A DNA stretch of 64,000 nucleotides, from the NCBI GenBank assembly GCA_964196455.1, contig CAXMUJ010000215.1, positions 5,405-69,404 on the forward strand. Direction: 5' to 3'. The position numbers and the translations under genes were made by a program. Of this stretch, positions 62,188 to 64,000 are shown piece after piece. Source of the DNA: an uncultured Myxococcota bacterium. GTDB lineage: Bacteria > Pseudomonadota > Alphaproteobacteria > Rhodobacterales > Rhodobacteraceae. A model generated the notes under the pieces. The model was not told where the DNA came from. It saw only the letters and a list, made by a program, of their open reading frames with translations, and made no database searches. Position 1 is the stretch's first letter; the number at the start of each line of letters is the position of its first letter.

Positions 62188-63367
62188 ATGGATATAGCGA
62201 TTGTTGGGTGTGGAATTGGCGGGTTGGCCGCGGCCAGCTTGTTGGCACAATCGGGTCGTTCCATAGAGGTATTCGACCGGTTTGATCACCCCGAACCAGT
62301 GGGATCGGGTCTGGTTATACAGACAGTTGCCCTGCCGGTATTGGACGCCATCGGCGCCATGGATGCAGTTTTGCAGTACGGTGCCCGAAATTATCACATG
62401 CTGGGGCTGGAGGCAGACACAGGTCAGAAGGTACTGGATGTCCGATATGGTCCTCAAGGCGGGCATGACTTCGGTTTGGGCATACATCGCGCGGCCCTGT
62501 TTGACTGCCTTTTGCAAGCAGCGAAGGGACGCGACATCAAATTTCGGAACGGGTGCGAAATAGCGACCTCTGATTTGGTGGAACACCGGCGCTATATTTC
62601 GGATACCAACGGCCAGCGATATGGCCCCTATGATCTGGTTGTTGATGGATCTGGCACCGGCTCTGCGCTCAGCCCGCTGGTTTCCAAACCGCTGGAATAT
62701 GGGGCTGTTTGGGGAACTGTTGATTGGCCTGAGGCCACATTTTTGTCCTACAGCCGACTTGAACAACGCTATCGTTCTGCGACGAACATGATTGGTGTTT
62801 TGCCGATTGGCAGGGTGCCCGGTGACCCAAGCCCCAAGGCTGCATTTTTCTGGTCCCTGCGCCAATCCGCATATGGGGATTGGCGCAGAACACCGTTCAA
62901 CATCTGGCAAGATCAAGCCGTCGGCTTGTGGCCCGACCTCGAACCCTTTGTCCAGCAATTGACGTCACATGACGATCTGACGATGGCGCGCTATGGTCAC
63001 GGCACGCTGCGTCGTCCATTCGGCGAACGCATTGCCTATATCGGTGACGCGGCTCATCGTGCCAGCCCGCAATTGGGTCAAGGTGCCAATATGGCCTTGC
63101 TGGACGCGTTTGCTCTAAGTCGGGCACTCGAGGGGCATAGCGTCGAAAATGCCAAAACTCTTTGCGCAGGCGCGGCGCAGACATATTGCAGTCTATCAGG
63201 CCATGAGCTGGGCCTTTACTCCAATGTATCAGTCCAACAGCAGATTACCGCCTTTTTTGCGTGATTGGATGCTGGCTCCGGCCAGTCAGCTCGCCCCGCT
63301 GGCGGCAATTTTACAACGATTGGTAAAGGGGAATTTGCTGGACCCCTATCGCGGGTTTTTTCACTAG
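62188..63367 (+). pseudogene. FAD-dependent monooxygenase, apparently interrupted by a +1 frame change near 63150
   Basis: MDIAIVGCGIGGLAAASLL...IGDAAHRASPQLGQGANMALLDA runs in frame 1 to about 63150. The family-typical C-terminus (RRRHIAVYQAMSWAFTPMYQSNS...LRDW...) continues in the +1 frame (track ORF 63149..63367), whereas frame 1 ends in an atypical tail at 63264. Confidence 0.65.
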
Positions 63368-63795
63368 GCGCCAAGCAATGCCCGCAATTTGCCGCGCGCG
63401 CTGACGATATCATTCAGCGTATAGGCATCCAGACAGGCAAAAAAAGCTTCTTGTGCTTCGGCCAGCGGATCCCTTAACCCGCAGGCGCTTAGCGCCACGC
63501 ATCCGCCGTGATCCTTGTTGAAACACTCGACAACCGGCACATCGCCGGCAAGATAGCGCGCCACCTCGCCAACAGACACCGAGGCCGCGTCCCGTGCCAA
63601 GGCCAAGCCACCTGTCCGCCCGCGTCCGGACAGAATGAACCCGCCTTTGGCCAAGGCCGAGGCGACCTTGGCGACATGATGCTCCGATATATCAAACACG
63701 CCGGCGATTTTGGCGGCGGGCACGCGGTGCTCGTCCGTCACGGCCAGATACATCAGGATACGTAATCCATAGTCAGAAAACTTGTTTAACTGCAT
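63364..63795 (-). CDS. Rrf2 family transcriptional regulator (NsrR/IscR-like, three Cys ligands)
   Basis: MQLNKFSDYGLRILMYLA... is present with a winged HTH and a CFNKDHGGCVALSACGL cysteine cluster. Confidence 0.9.
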   Translation of the reverse strand: MQLNKFSDYGLRILMYLAVTDEHRVPAAKIAGVFDISEHHVAKVASALAKGGFILSGRGRTGGLALARDAASVSVGEVARYLAGDVPVVECFNKDHGGCVALSACGLRDPLAEAQEAFFACLDAYTLNDIVSARGKLRALLGA

Positions 63796-63876
63796 GCGCT
63801 ATATTTAGCATTTACAATGCGGAATAAAAAGCCTAATTAAATACGCATATAAAATACGTAATAAGGGAGGCAAGTC

Positions 63877-64000
63877 GTGTTAAAATTTGTATGCAAAGTG
63901 ATATTACTGCCGGGAACCTTGATCTGTCGGGCCTTTGGGTTCGACCCAAACCAAGAGCTTGGTTTGATGCGCTCATACCTCAATATGCTGGTTTGGCTGC
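63877..64000 (+). CDS. 5' end of an unidentified ORF divergent from the Rrf2 gene (runs off the right edge)
   Basis: The GTG at 63877 lies 6 nt after a strong AAGGGAGG Shine-Dalgarno. The frame is open to the window end (VLKFVCKVILLPGTLICRAFGFDPNQELGLMRSYLNMLVWL) and the start is hydrophobic. Confidence 0.35.
   Translation, partial: MLKFVCKVILLPGTLICRAFGFDPNQELGLMRSYLNMLVWL

Overview
This window is a densely packed, mostly housekeeping chromosomal segment. Gene content and synteny look alphaproteobacterial, probably Rhodobacterales-like (pcs, DUF2125, DUF1150-hsp20, extensin-like protein, CIRCE-controlled groESL, atpHAGDC). That taxon call is inference only. I support about 65 protein-coding genes. 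Landmarks are pabB(+pabC fragment), carB, manC-type GMP/PMI, tdk, proC, lgt, trxB, sat/cysC, purEK, groESL, ribF, prs, atpHAGDC, clpA, hisC-tyrC, priA, xerC, pcs, ogt and ileS. I saw no rRNA, tRNA, CRISPR array, transposase or phage-type integrase. Regulatory elements readable directly from the sequence are a perfect CIRCE inverted repeat behind a sigma-32-type promoter upstream of groES, a sigma-32-type promoter upstream of hsp20, and several intrinsic-terminator hairpins. The most unusual content is a translationally coupled, orphan MotA/MotB-type ion-channel pair at 42986-45904. The B subunit carries a roughly 370-residue proline-free coiled-coil-like segment between its transmembrane Asp helix and a C-terminal OmpA-like domain. 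The A subunit carries a roughly 180-residue helical cytoplasmic tail. No flagellar, Ton/Tol, gliding or Zorya effector genes are present anywhere in the window. The pair sits divergently from an SPFH/NfeD pair, inside an envelope-related neighbourhood. Secondary observations are listed here.
- An internally collapsed PUA-like/HNH-nuclease remnant lies at 24764-25150.
- A DMT-transporter remnant lies at 21368-21616.
- A FAD-monooxygenase gene appears frameshifted near 63150.
- Tandem DnaA-box-like 9-mers sit in a 364-bp intergenic region near 11300.
- A 29-bp tandem duplication sits at the pgeF/lrp junction.
- An unexplained 380-bp spacer separates DUF484 and xerC.
Many long ORFs in the six-frame track are shadow ORFs antisense to or overlapping real genes, and I rejected them.
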